Positions 15,001-21,603 of a DNA stretch of 64,000 nt are shown here, piece after piece (positions within the stretch are counted from its first letter, which is position 1; each line of letters opens with the position of its first letter). The stretch covers positions 1-64,000 of the IMG/VR virus record IMGVR_UViG_3300032322_001295; one strand, given 5' to 3'. The position numbers and the translations under genes were made by a program. The DNA is from a virus. Under the pieces are notes generated by a model. The model was not told the origin of the DNA and did not search any database. It saw only the letters and a list, made by a program, of their open reading frames with translations.

Positions 15001-18000
15001 ACAGCTGATATGAAAAATAGAATAAACTCATTGTCAACTGTATCAACAAGCAATATAGATTTATTAAAAGAAGTTGCTTTTAAAACTTACTACAAACATG
15101 TTGATAGAAATATTGATGAAGATATAAGCAAAAGACATTCTACTAAATATCACAACATCAATAAGAGTATTGCAGAAGGAAAAATAACTGAACTTTTTGG
15201 CTCTATAAAATCAACTGTAGAAACATTGCAAAGGTATCAAGAAACACCGTATGAAGTTGGCGATATGATACATTTTCCTGATGGTATAGTTGGTATTGTT
15301 ACTAATGTTACATCAGAAAACAATGTAAACTATGTTATTAACCATAAGCTTACAGACAATAGAAACATATTCAATGCACAAAGAGCTGTTGTAAGTCTAG
15401 AAAACATCATGCAAAAAAACAACACAAGGTTTGCACTTGATGGTTTTGTTAGAACAATAGCCGGCATTATGCCAAATGTTGAGTACAGATATGTTAATGA
15501 CGAAGAAGCCCGTCAAATACAAAGGTCTGAACATGACAGCGTATCTTTCTACCAAGATGGTATTGTTTACATAAATGTAGATAAAGCTGATAGAGGTGTT
15601 GCTATTCACGAGTTTGCGCATCCATTGACATTGGCAATGCAGATAGAAAAGCCTGAACTATTTAACGCAATAGCGCAACAGGTTTCTCAATCTAGTGTAA
15701 TGGACTATGTTAGAAAAATGTACAAGGATGATCTTGATACAGAAGAAGCAATGATACTTGAAGCAATACCAACATACATTCAGTTTAGGTATTACGCAAG
15801 ATTGGCGCACGAAATGTCACCAGAAGAAAGAGCAAACTGGGAAATGTTTTTTGCTGAGGCAGGTTCTATATTTAAAGAAGCGTTAATCGGTGATGTAAAT
15901 GCAGAATCAAGTATTGACAATGTTGATTTTAAAACTGCTGACCTTAACTCTATATCTGATGCTATCTTAAATGATATGCTAAAAGGTAAGGAGTTTGTAG
16001 TCAGAAACAAAGAAGCGTTTAATATTGCTAGGTTCTTGCCATATACCATGCGGGCATCATCTGCTTCATCGGTCAAGAATATAAACTTAACAAATATAGA
16101 TACGTTATTTCAGCGAAAGTCGCACAATACAAAGGATGACAAAGCTAGAAGACAAATAATGGATTCTATTCAAGGTAATACATTCTCTGGATTATCAGGT
16201 ACTTATGACTTGACTATGAGAAACAAAGATTTCTATGACCCTAATGGTAATTACGATCAAAAACGCAAAGAAAAGTTTATTGTTAAAATAGTTGAAAACG
16301 AAATGGCGTTTTATGGTGGTATAGAAAATAACATTATTCAGTTCTTAAATGAACTTAAAGTACTTGAACCATTAGCTGCAGCAAAGCAATCATTATTTGC
16401 ATCTTGGAATAAGCGCTACGATTTACCTAATGCTACAGAAGTACAGAAAGAGCAACTTACTCAAAACATACAAAAAATGATGAACAAACTTGGCTACAAT
16501 CCAAATTTAGACCAAGCAATGATGCTAAGTGAAGCGGAAAAAACACTTGGATTAAAACTGCCCAATGGTGTAAAACTCGATAACACAATTGTCATTGTTC
16601 ATAACATTGGTAAGCCGGCACAAGAAATATCAATATTAAATGTTTCTCCAGAATACCTTAGTAATCATGGTATGGAAAAGAATAATATTGCTGCTGCGTT
16701 TATTGGAGAAAACTTAACTAATAAAGAAAAGAAACGTGCTAAAAAATTACAAAACGTAACTTTATCTAATGATAACGGACATATTGAAGCAGTTAAAACA
16801 GCTGTAATTGCTATGGCTATTAAAAAATCTAGTCCTGGTACAGTCATTAGAAAAGTAGGTGCCATGCATGTAAATGGTAGTAACATATCTGTAAGAAGTC
16901 GTGATGTGGATGACACTGTAAGACAGATTGAGTTGCTTGTTGACAATGTTCCGCAATTGCGTGATAATCTAGAAGTGGATATAAGAGATATTGTATCTGA
17001 TAAAACTTTGTACAACATGAACTTATACAAAGTACCTGTTGGAACTAGACTGCTCAACTATTTTAGAACGCTAATATCTACTTTAAAGCCTAATGATAAC
17101 TATAAAAAAAGTGTACAAAACACAATAGATCAAGGTATTAAAGTATTTGAAAATGGTGATAACTCATTTTACCAAGATATTCAAAAAGCTGTATTTGGTA
17201 GAATAATGCACTTAGCTGAAGAACTAGATAGCGATGTAGCAAAGGCTGCCAACGAAGAATACCAATTTTTATTACAAACGTATAGAGAACTTACTGGTTA
17301 CAACGAGATTAATACTCAAAGATTTAACGAGCTTTCATTTGATGAAAAGCTAATACAGACGGCAGACCGCTGGACAGGAGGAATAAGAACATGGTTATTT
17401 GACCAAGTTGATCTTGCTTCTAGAAAAGGTGTTAATGAAATGGTTCCGTTTAACAAAGAGTTGAACAAAAGAACAAAAACATTAAACACACTTTCTGGTA
17501 ATATTTTAAGTTATGGCCTTGACAAATCACATGATTTATTTAAACCATTATTTAAAAAGGCAACCGGTTATGATCAAAATGGTAAAGAAGTTCAAATATC
17601 AACTCACGAAATACATTGTGATATAAATGATGCTGAAACTGCAAGAGCATTAGCCAACAGAGAAATAACTACAGAACAATTAGAGTTTGGTAAATGGTTA
17701 GCCGATAGCATGTATGAAGAGTTTGTTCAATACGTAATGACCGTTGAACGCAAAAACATATCACAGCGCGCAAATATGACTGAGGTTGAGCTTAGAGCAG
17801 CAGCAGAAAATGAAGTAGCAAGACGATACAAGAGAGGTATGATGCCTGTATTTGTCCGTTCTACGGGTTCTGCTTTAAGTGAAGGCAAGTTGATGGAAGC
17901 ATTAAATATGTACATGAAAAACGCTGGTAGATTTATCGGTGGTGCATTGTATGAAGAGTTTACTCAAACAGAAGATGCAGATTACCAAAAAGAATCATTC

Positions 18001-19836
18001 AGAAAACTTATGTCGCCGTTCTGGAATCAGTTCCAAAATGCAGAACTATATGGTGGTTCATTTAGAATGAAACTTCTTGGATTAGACCTAAAAGTTAGAA
18101 ATCAGGATAGATCTCTTGAAGTAATTGCTCCGGAACTACAAAACTCATTGTCATATAACCTTCAGAATATAGGTAACTATACCATGATGGCATCTAAGCG
18201 TACAAAGTACATGCAAAGAGCAGTAGCATCTGCAAATATTGCAATGGATATGCTTAGAGGAGAAGAAGCAATGCGCGGTATAAATACTAAAGACGCAAGA
18301 GAGCATGTAGAAAACTATATTAACAGACAGATTTATGGTAATCTTCCAGAAATGCCTAAAGTAATGCTTGGCAATATATCTGTAAATATTGACTACATGT
18401 TAGATGCTAGTAACAGATTTATAAATATGGCACACCTTGCCGTTAAGCCTGGTGTTGCAATGAAAAACGTAGTAGCTACAACATCTAAACTTTTAATTAA
18501 TGCTTTGATAAATCAGATATCAGGTAAGAACTTTAATATTGCTAATGTTACTCGCGCTGTAGAGCAAATGTTTTCAAATGGTGAAAAAATAAGAGCATTA
18601 AATGAAAAGTATCAGTTTGTAAACATGAGTGAAAAAGATTTAATCAATCACTTTCAACATGTAGTAAGTAAAGCAAATGCTACTGAGCCAGATGCTCAAA
18701 TGATTCTTAACTGGTTTGGTGATTATTACAACCAGCTTATTGGTGGTATTGCTCAAATGATTAACGATGGTACTTATGATGCACACGACGAGTTTGGTAA
18801 TTACGATGAAACAAAAGACAAACGATTTGAAGGAGAAGATGGTGAATATATCAAAAACGCTATTATTGAACAGCAGTACAAAGAAGGATATCACATTCTT
18901 GATAATGGCAAAATGACACACGCATACACTCAAAGACAAGAGAACCATGTAAAATTGCAAGTGCAAAGATTTGTTGGTGAGTTAACCGATCCTAAATACA
19001 AAAACTTAGCATCAAGTTATTCATTTGTTCGTGCTGCGTCATCAATGAGAAGCTATATGTACAACGTAGCACAAGCATGGTGGAAAAACCCTAGCCAAAC
19101 AGTACATCTTGGTGGTTTTAAAGTAATTGAAGTTGATGGTAAAAAAGAAACTGTTTGGGCCCCAGAACTTACAGAGGGTATGATTAATACATTAATTTAT
19201 TGCGCTAAAGGTTTGAGAAATGCTGTAAAAACAGGTACATTTGATGATTATAAAAACATGTCTAGTTTCCAAAAGCGTAATCTTATAGCAATGGCTACGT
19301 TTACTGGTATCATGGCCGGTGTTTATCTTCTTGCAGATTCAATGTTATACGATGAAGATAGAAAGAAAGTTAAAAAATACCGTTATGAAAAAGACCCTAA
19401 AACAGGTAAGCGTAAAAGAGTAGATATTGATGAGCCTTGGATTTCTGAAAGATTATTATCTATGTTGTATGATACAAAATATGATATGCCAATAAAAGGT
19501 GACTTGTCTATGACTGAAATGTTTGCCAAAAATATACTTTTAAAAGGTGTTGAAGAACAACTGTCTTATGTATCTCCATATAGAATGTTTCAAGATATAG
19601 GTAGTATGCCATCAACTCATATTATGCAAGCTGATAATGTAGCTCAAACATTTGTTTCTACATTGATGTTGCCCTGGACATTGTATCAACAGAAAGATAT
19701 TGAAGGTCTTACTAATGAACTTGATGAGTATTTCTATGATTTAAGTAAAAACATGCCTCTTGGTGGTGGTTACCGTGACATACATGACACATACGATTAC
19801 ATGTTAAATTATATTGGTGAATCAACTAAAAAATAA
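1..19836 (+). CDS. Giant virion-associated polyprotein, 5'-truncated: SF1 (RecD-like) helicase + zincin + crAss-type two-barrel DNA-dependent RNA polymerase + second zincin + C-terminal hydrophobic segment
   Basis: Frame +1 is open from base 1 (NHLEEIVGKK...), so the true start is upstream and the GTG at 133 is not the start. Helicase motifs: GYGGVGKST (1747-1773), IFADE (~1966-1980), LLGDTLQAPP (2101-2130), SPQGRTLD, TAVSRA. Zincin motifs: HEISH (4780-4794), HEFAH (15607-15621). RNAP-like motifs: KR (8788), FDGQ (8944), GMRIP (11260-11274), GSDQDVD (11371-11391), NAATDNPK (11908-11931). Confidence 0.85.
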   Translation, partial: NHLEEIVGKKIDDISKKINDEREKIQNELDTDFNSVRDKFGFDDVTFDDLYNKTGNDEIDAAIDEVLGKKKDKVERFSALNGVDNEIKNAKTLLKNRGAVKYVPGGGIDTRTGEWNNGDYFTQQANQRKYKKVNKDVETEIDEKTFLSMQDAAKAQGKDSFEYNGEMFIADDSNQIKVDGKKAVDRSTLVDDSQLFDFLEIDDVNELFLKMPTVGGMNIREELNKISKEYDETKVLTAQMKERLKEINKNITDQEEMLSVYKWAKMLSENKILSPIQEEYMDMQTFNEINLPAYINKLAVDRSYFMNVAISTLSKDDRDNKLNELKDNVIKMQAHVYNELVAELNGDDIVVNGQTVKFPSEISLDSSETEVMQAYQWMHYFIQNLTPDQKNEFKETFDKFWSTKVESKDSIPSAKEQGMFLEGFDLMFDFEAFKDGYTKSKYHNKNNSYRELFYYHAINMMMNVDPMIAFGAISNVIDAVDASQKFELDKSKYPAGDHTAEQIMNVMIGITHLSENIKRNEANPDVAFIELLDHVKSTMKIGTSREGRFNKAKGLYDRVKDAATGKYNTNGKHIKDNVMSFFGYGGVGKSTFIIKTLSEIALSLGKKNFVFIAPNIEQKNILENTVKNIFPKGIHAEFYLVSDFVKKQDQYKDYVIFADEISLYSDEEKNSIAFNYNKIGGKKISTVDNVGFIDESNTVFLLGDTLQAPPSGEIYDNSPRIEQFTQHGFNITSVKRSSFIEIYKIQTEFRRNAKNNELGPPQLFGYSYSEDDNVKKGVKLNNDKDGFLAESKAAVESGIGYIIVHSEKEYNEIINDISPDKHDRVFLMTQLSKSPQGRTLDGEVYVYMPYSTTDTKSQYNNNKLYNMYMLTAVSRASQFVSVYTGDGLGNKNSVKVSEDKIESFDDSAEAKVERKQQLWNRISGVVKGLTAVKPVPLPVRNTNKPKAPVVQTDDLNQEEEKPEENAASNNTKGKGVKSNSKKPKKTTQVKTNNRKRKTTNKNKKQYEEQQEALEEEINEPITAYEQNVSNQGDMSEDELDNLDGNQDTDTDHSNIESSIDNGEFGLTLKTGENNVNLVTTFVNGNPFVVVVGGTYRKPDGEIIKVTRIISNDDGTYSVKTDKLKMVIPLEKFSELALSPSIDILDKYENALISFTQSGILTLFGKTIGYTPAMGPLTNKKALAAKYQEMANATAMLYKNLGQRFEVKIEIVKNMPTVDWNGSVNTAFPYVLQVSIDNGNGFEYFTTHYLQDPQRINKTVADNAQQENLEVYNNTLFGIVEKLYNANRTEFYTSATKNNISASSFIGFHKDIPVMSYSQVKDMVGMYGMELTETFQGIDKKGLAETYAIAHFGNKDNGQKIIFQSITASNMNDEQKNLMLNEVNRMRGILQNAVNQKLPNEAVNKQALQGTDSIFAFNNSFALLNNAVIAQKLYTEKDAENKTTIEERIKIRLEVLNDLAAFLSPVKDADYKYKYESLVSQFRLNTKMQGGKEVTGIEYMSTVKGLFLRMPVIDISAGILLDDTKGLASKITNQQELENYTSSFAEIQSELEDILGEGIQLGIIKSDLYHGFVDKLGKIHMNMHNGAFNPKTLSHEISHYVSEFLLTDEKQAELFDEVDKKYGVTQKQGNWRNDLDARRTVAEHLADDGERYKSDRRNLKGISKVMRSFFDWFNRFMSRIGIINDKINDFYYDLYVAKKYKSLSGMALNTVRDEMPYDSLYSRIIYDDSSFNTVANNFFYDNQIARQVANNVAEIAAKEVIMPSMNRRMFLDGAMSFTDMINRIENNSREKVMYDTDENGNTIYKEQVINGKSMFLPVIRELTVDYTKPFLRWNYNATDENGNSVTGLHLQYYDESIKGYKTAVPNSQGIFFTEKRQREEFRRLLQKSVDEFEIETVNGLVSVVDKTIEGKMKLKGIISNKDKVLYKNAMLLNSKVFKAMINRIFPSLDVDTIINRDGQVRYSDILESLIRVQDANIRKNEEELNPMDKQSDIMKLMLNTIPVYQFLPDGSVVEMRGKKLNYEVANKILTDIHSNLWIGNSQDGIEAFAKSMKRFIENKMMNNTNPTELNSDAKFISAYSIYKTYFDPQAKQSTDKYYYPSHTRIYNWNKQLSTKTRGTKDYQDALDRFYAEYLTAVNTEKESDETIRKQTPLTKDEFELNIAKRSKLSETILNSVITHFGSLTSNKFENVKKYGKGKRTTFVSMAKQSSSAHDTKLKLEQSIISNLQINGGLMPDRYVDLFINRKRPLKVKEGQEKSNSYFTMTDRGIRYRHKTNDPSDLGVIIMPLENGKFRNMKPDEINKLTQYAKNAQTNISGIIRKVFTDFFNMSKSSTAKNAAKVLSVPKVGSNTHGIENLSDVLAPLIASMYVYTVERTVDPNQITAKQPVYPLYLQALANTAKDSGQKENYGKITDATIDSILDKDAGSNILKDGEEYFFPTGFYKELQALAEIMTYNENNPTILSLDGRRKLYTIGNSHNFNYKFSNGKNDSLVEKFEEVVKGPHTNPNARGSKILNPILERKGIITSTPYMMGIDSTGKTAELKNMTVQDNLHAALANFTKNENQKALTYNISPVLIPVNNGGNRGRQHLFEVRLGHFNGNGNGFLTKQTIDNVDTFKLDVRNIASQLKRGFAIKEEAQVNSINRWMNFLMNPANNKITNNASSYFASLGLGLSPIDTTIPGWKAQRDATVPALVEYLKNYDAWIIDDDVVGFEGSGLRLGSDFLIIKANKNDKGGRLHLGHDASMMNKVLTRNEDGSLKFRSLAQQLFNYSNYNNTVTIDVDENNQIKFKLHEVLRTDDFNNEQIYVNYIDNLGLTQTYMFTDDNLQFIIDSLFEKHYKETNEIALADGYKMTSENVFDLYPYEDNIKVVDGINIYGTTPSVVWKGLIIGHAMVNYFSDHAIEGTEANHLSSVIYENETGPLTYGVNRNKRALSHTSTGFTPSFKTHNGMDEESRIMVIKDLKVNASISTLLGEINKEHIVFDGQSFNNPFSMEMYFNSIGGNNGSLNRRIQKSIAQQFNYKDGSTFLKKHAGFIVSKSMMDSSVDMANLFEYMLNPALRLVIKGEDLNKISFLKKSDIDNLANDSLYQRYLIYFDQSATETALKQTLSNINSKFGSLKTMLEGSIKYKNNAPAVDSILADWKNSQFNDTIVGQYDFISKVLADINNQGLLSQEGDKDHGRAIEMLVDFYAEYRAKNPDTYKTKYPYLSSIQFTGNKKDQTKDFEMPFVAFNKSAGATHSDANGQFNQGRPMPMFVKDGDAAPTNFYELVDYWKNQKEDAPYDKWTYMFDNTQEITQLNPEREIDDNEESPMVQAMSIILANPNSLNTGLAQEIATDLSSLMRVGLENVMRFITNEGKWSEDVDQRIKDLKIQTSDIISETGVVLSNKEIATIENFVKSKIKKSMSQSDDTTMLSEIISDDQISLNVSHGAVTRAQQYVAAFLRKEAVKRKVDAMRLVQAGGNFIDIVEHKETGEVFMLAEAYKHAAKMGVSFDSLFDVNSVRGLKHTTIDAKPDLSVEQLAQVRAIDTIMNQAIAENPANEKQIKKDFSRIKMKYLAEQNLLNVSKGEAIVPAVMFKKFNIPSNVGLNEIFRLYGKKDGIVNETNLIEASSDYNATKELIQSFVNDNISFEMKYNSNGKPRVEVLYNENQSGLNTYFEIMFVDGLNKYLKDNYKKFGSIYAKVDKEMELKYGDSYRAMKEGSLEKSVEDIKQELRTRLAEESTAFAQSEIANLVDKYTDAITSVAITLKDNIGMRIPSGPGSGFINNIVGFINDASSVGYVNTIKNLIDGSDQDVDQFTIYYLSSTMLDSGKMSILEYNNWKDKQKKDGNYNVLSDEEAKVINNKLIRHLQRYYSDPLNAELTMAAIDLDPVKKAADGTYRELFKDGDLAHNIGHSFVYRNIAMDGQAVGPFANAQKLQTLLYSGYSMNQRRGIDSSIYNFKINKVENAIGQLEDEYSKVPVYMEMLINAATDNPKLLILGAMNITMNNSDMASAMMFAPKDIQDYMRSMPGNENMNEVDAVLNFLKLDANKDIFNYVKSNSGMYNGGFSRSYYNTAYNYYKKLQAHGSEYEEQYKNNLNKNSDIFDSMVSFLINDVGYDEAFINTAIATAQTENKGDVLLSMIRNININNISKEISKKHNILKNVLDNFIKDNLEEITDNEFKAEIEKALNSKDVQASYDIVNSIASMSPIDNLANINEESKALSEKYKKFFKDLKSYKDNLKKNKNLSRKTDPSYINEVYLVTKYAMLGDIMSDLVKVANINQFKQSKAYDQKKFENDFTFATGYTIDELIGIYDRFNSWKKDNGASSTIGDYFDANPNEKKPIEAVRETAFKTKAHTMSQVDFSYMKDSIESPVTGEVINYYEDYHKIFDFASILLSRPDVMESFRASQMFKDINSSIFNIESTEIQSMIDTITDNIAYDILPEAKSIVLKEEISKYFVHLYLSEINNNGFESIVKEDIFKALEKFNILTLPMTAGSSTSNGMMHNIGNPIGVRNFISNFPEFFDTRIRQSEMQRLKEMSSKFTAQDLESAYEFIDRIEKYSYNRMDYLEVQKSRVQNANENEMLRDGFNKLSNETQTLLALYHILKNQFDTSRSFFGEVLPKKFLIDYSKFLKEVLPTKEISQDLNNISEMILSNTSLDLLKNEKRIYKDGKEFSQAPAAWYGVAKHYKKTIQTQKSKVGTTIRTFALGTTNGINGVALTQGSATKTSLSNVVPFDSVINMYNDTDAMGNPITISLSYTPTILRNLNIPMSFSLDLRPHAYIKNILHGHLENDIQNAIKRQTQEGVELTPQDVLQIVNDVMSRDLNNVYNKKGIPALQDKTTSMDMENMIRNNVFNITVNSILQKHGPNADAMLQSLDGKMLKDEYYYSDIAPSYTLHAALNMLKAEGKPFTIENLRAIESIPSIELFSDTYGVQSNEDAPLVNLLGTFGNYFTRENARDSGYVVAVNMKGPNGVGTKELFYEAAKEIFQDTSLKNDQLNTLLANILIADSIGMSTADMKNRINSLSTVSTSNIDLLKEVAFKTYYKHVDRNIDEDISKRHSTKYHNINKSIAEGKITELFGSIKSTVETLQRYQETPYEVGDMIHFPDGIVGIVTNVTSENNVNYVINHKLTDNRNIFNAQRAVVSLENIMQKNNTRFALDGFVRTIAGIMPNVEYRYVNDEEARQIQRSEHDSVSFYQDGIVYINVDKADRGVAIHEFAHPLTLAMQIEKPELFNAIAQQVSQSSVMDYVRKMYKDDLDTEEAMILEAIPTYIQFRYYARLAHEMSPEERANWEMFFAEAGSIFKEALIGDVNAESSIDNVDFKTADLNSISDAILNDMLKGKEFVVRNKEAFNIARFLPYTMRASSASSVKNINLTNIDTLFQRKSHNTKDDKARRQIMDSIQGNTFSGLSGTYDLTMRNKDFYDPNGNYDQKRKEKFIVKIVENEMAFYGGIENNIIQFLNELKVLEPLAAAKQSLFASWNKRYDLPNATEVQKEQLTQNIQKMMNKLGYNPNLDQAMMLSEAEKTLGLKLPNGVKLDNTIVIVHNIGKPAQEISILNVSPEYLSNHGMEKNNIAAAFIGENLTNKEKKRAKKLQNVTLSNDNGHIEAVKTAVIAMAIKKSSPGTVIRKVGAMHVNGSNISVRSRDVDDTVRQIELLVDNVPQLRDNLEVDIRDIVSDKTLYNMNLYKVPVGTRLLNYFRTLISTLKPNDNYKKSVQNTIDQGIKVFENGDNSFYQDIQKAVFGRIMHLAEELDSDVAKAANEEYQFLLQTYRELTGYNEINTQRFNELSFDEKLIQTADRWTGGIRTWLFDQVDLASRKGVNEMVPFNKELNKRTKTLNTLSGNILSYGLDKSHDLFKPLFKKATGYDQNGKEVQISTHEIHCDINDAETARALANREITTEQLEFGKWLADSMYEEFVQYVMTVERKNISQRANMTEVELRAAAENEVARRYKRGMMPVFVRSTGSALSEGKLMEALNMYMKNAGRFIGGALYEEFTQTEDADYQKESFRKLMSPFWNQFQNAELYGGSFRMKLLGLDLKVRNQDRSLEVIAPELQNSLSYNLQNIGNYTMMASKRTKYMQRAVASANIAMDMLRGEEAMRGINTKDAREHVENYINRQIYGNLPEMPKVMLGNISVNIDYMLDASNRFINMAHLAVKPGVAMKNVVATTSKLLINALINQISGKNFNIANVTRAVEQMFSNGEKIRALNEKYQFVNMSEKDLINHFQHVVSKANATEPDAQMILNWFGDYYNQLIGGIAQMINDGTYDAHDEFGNYDETKDKRFEGEDGEYIKNAIIEQQYKEGYHILDNGKMTHAYTQRQENHVKLQVQRFVGELTDPKYKNLASSYSFVRAASSMRSYMYNVAQAWWKNPSQTVHLGGFKVIEVDGKKETVWAPELTEGMINTLIYCAKGLRNAVKTGTFDDYKNMSSFQKRNLIAMATFTGIMAGVYLLADSMLYDEDRKKVKKYRYEKDPKTGKRKRVDIDEPWISERLLSMLYDTKYDMPIKGDLSMTEMFAKNILLKGVEEQLSYVSPYRMFQDIGSMPSTHIMQADNVAQTFVSTLMLPWTLYQQKDIEGLTNELDEYFYDLSKNMPLGGGYRDIHDTYDYMLNYIGESTKK

Positions 19837-19839
19837 AAT

Positions 19840-21129
19840 ATGCCAACTTTAATTTCAAACGAAAACTATGCGATACGCTGGGACAAAACAGAATGTAACC
19901 AGTATACCATATCAAACATATCAAGTGTTTATAATGCCAACGTAGTCATAACAGATGAAACTGGCACGTACACAGAAACATTTAATCTTGCCCCTGATGG
20001 GTCAAACACTATAATTTTACCTGGCGATGGTGTGTTTAAGTTATGCGCTTACGCATTTGATATACCGCTTAATCCAGAAGAACTAGAAACAACAAATGGT
20101 AGATTGTCAGTTGTAGAGTTTATAACTTCAACAACATCTGGATTGAATCTTATATCTGCATCTTTTTACGATACAGGTTATACTACATTTATTCCTACTC
20201 CAGGTTTATTTAATTCTGTGCCAGCATCATATCAAGACTTTGTTAATGATTTGCAAGGATATGTAACTGCTAATGGTGGAGGTATAGTTACAATGCTTGC
20301 TCCAGGCAGTTCTTTACCAAATGTTCCAGCCAATAACAATGCATATCAACTTGTAGTTCAAGCAAATGATGTTTACTTAGCATCTGTAAATGGTAATTAC
20401 CCTCCAGGTGTAATACTTGAAACAACATACGAAGCAGATTTATATTGCGCATACGAATACGTATTTGATGAAAACAAACAATACGTATCATCGCTTATAA
20501 TAGATGGTTTTGAAGTAGTACCTGTAAATACTGTATGGAATATGTCAACTGTACAAGGAACAACAGAAGCAGAAACAACTATTAACACATTTTTAGGAAA
20601 TGACGGTTATTCGGTAGCAGATATTTTGTCTTTAAAAATTTACATAGTAAATCCAAGTCTTGGAAAAGATTGTGATTTAATAACACTTACTGCTGTAGAG
20701 TTAGGCCCGGGCGAAACACAATGCGATTATATCTATGAGTTCTGTGATTTGTACGCCTGCCTATCTAGATTGATGAACCGTTGGTTATGTCAAGATCCAT
20801 GCGCTGACAAATGTACGGCCGCTGGCGAATCTTATGAAGAAGCAAGGCGCAAAGCAGTAGAACTAAGCACTATGTTTTTTCACGCTTTAATGCCATTGGT
20901 AACAACAGACAGACTTTGGTATCTTGGCAACTGGGATATATCGGACCAAAGACTATGCAATGTCAATAACATATTAGAGCTTTACAAAAAGATGCGCGAC
21001 TATGTTAAAAACTGTGGCTTTGACTGTGGATGCGGATGCCCGGATAACTGCGGCAACTGCCAACCATGCAACGGATATAGCTACGCACCTTCTCCTTCTA
21101 ACCCATCAACACCCTGCGGATGCAAGTAA
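19840..21129 (+). CDS. Putative virion structural protein with Cys-rich C-terminus
   Basis: 429 aa, 3 bp after the giant gene; beta-rich composition; 9 Cys in the last 38 aa. Confidence 0.6.
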   Translation: MPTLISNENYAIRWDKTECNQYTISNISSVYNANVVITDETGTYTETFNLAPDGSNTIILPGDGVFKLCAYAFDIPLNPEELETTNGRLSVVEFITSTTSGLNLISASFYDTGYTTFIPTPGLFNSVPASYQDFVNDLQGYVTANGGGIVTMLAPGSSLPNVPANNNAYQLVVQANDVYLASVNGNYPPGVILETTYEADLYCAYEYVFDENKQYVSSLIIDGFEVVPVNTVWNMSTVQGTTEAETTINTFLGNDGYSVADILSLKIYIVNPSLGKDCDLITLTAVELGPGETQCDYIYEFCDLYACLSRLMNRWLCQDPCADKCTAAGESYEEARRKAVELSTMFFHALMPLVTTDRLWYLGNWDISDQRLCNVNNILELYKKMRDYVKNCGFDCGCGCPDNCGNCQPCNGYSYAPSPSNPSTPCGCK

Positions 21130-21587
21130 TAACAGACTTTGATAGACGAGTAGGCAATGTATATGAAATTGCCAACAAAGTAACACAAAACTGGGCATGC
21201 TCCTACTACGAACTTGGCAAGTGGGGCATAACTAGTAATGGCAAACAAATGCTAATGCTTCAAGACATGGGAGTTCTATACTTGTTTCTTGCTATGTTAG
21301 AATGGAAAGCAATGAAGCATAACACATATAGCCTTACATACGATGAAAACAATTGCCCAGAATGGAAATACCCGGGTAACTTTGTAGATGAAAAGTTTAT
21401 AGACTGCATAGTAAAGCATTTTCATTGCCAAGGCATAGACATCAGGACAATACTAAGAAAGTTTGGTATACTGCCATTAGAAGGCAAGCCAGATGGTATT
21501 GACTACATGCATATTGAAAGTGGTAATCCACCTTGCGACAATAGGCTATTTCAGATTGACAAACCTTATGGAACTGATTTCGTATAA
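21120..21587 (+). CDS. Hypothetical protein (probably structural)
   Basis: 155 aa, overlaps the upstream stop, same operon. Confidence 0.6.
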   Translation: MQVITDFDRRVGNVYEIANKVTQNWACSYYELGKWGITSNGKQMLMLQDMGVLYLFLAMLEWKAMKHNTYSLTYDENNCPEWKYPGNFVDEKFIDCIVKHFHCQGIDIRTILRKFGILPLEGKPDGIDYMHIESGNPPCDNRLFQIDKPYGTDFV

Positions 21588-21603
21588 CTAAAAATATAAA
21601 GCC

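Noticed and set aside
3-18966. Numerous short antisense or alternate-frame ORFs inside the giant gene, and similar ones inside other genes
   Set aside because: They are shadow ORFs of long coding frames with no independent motifs or initiation context.
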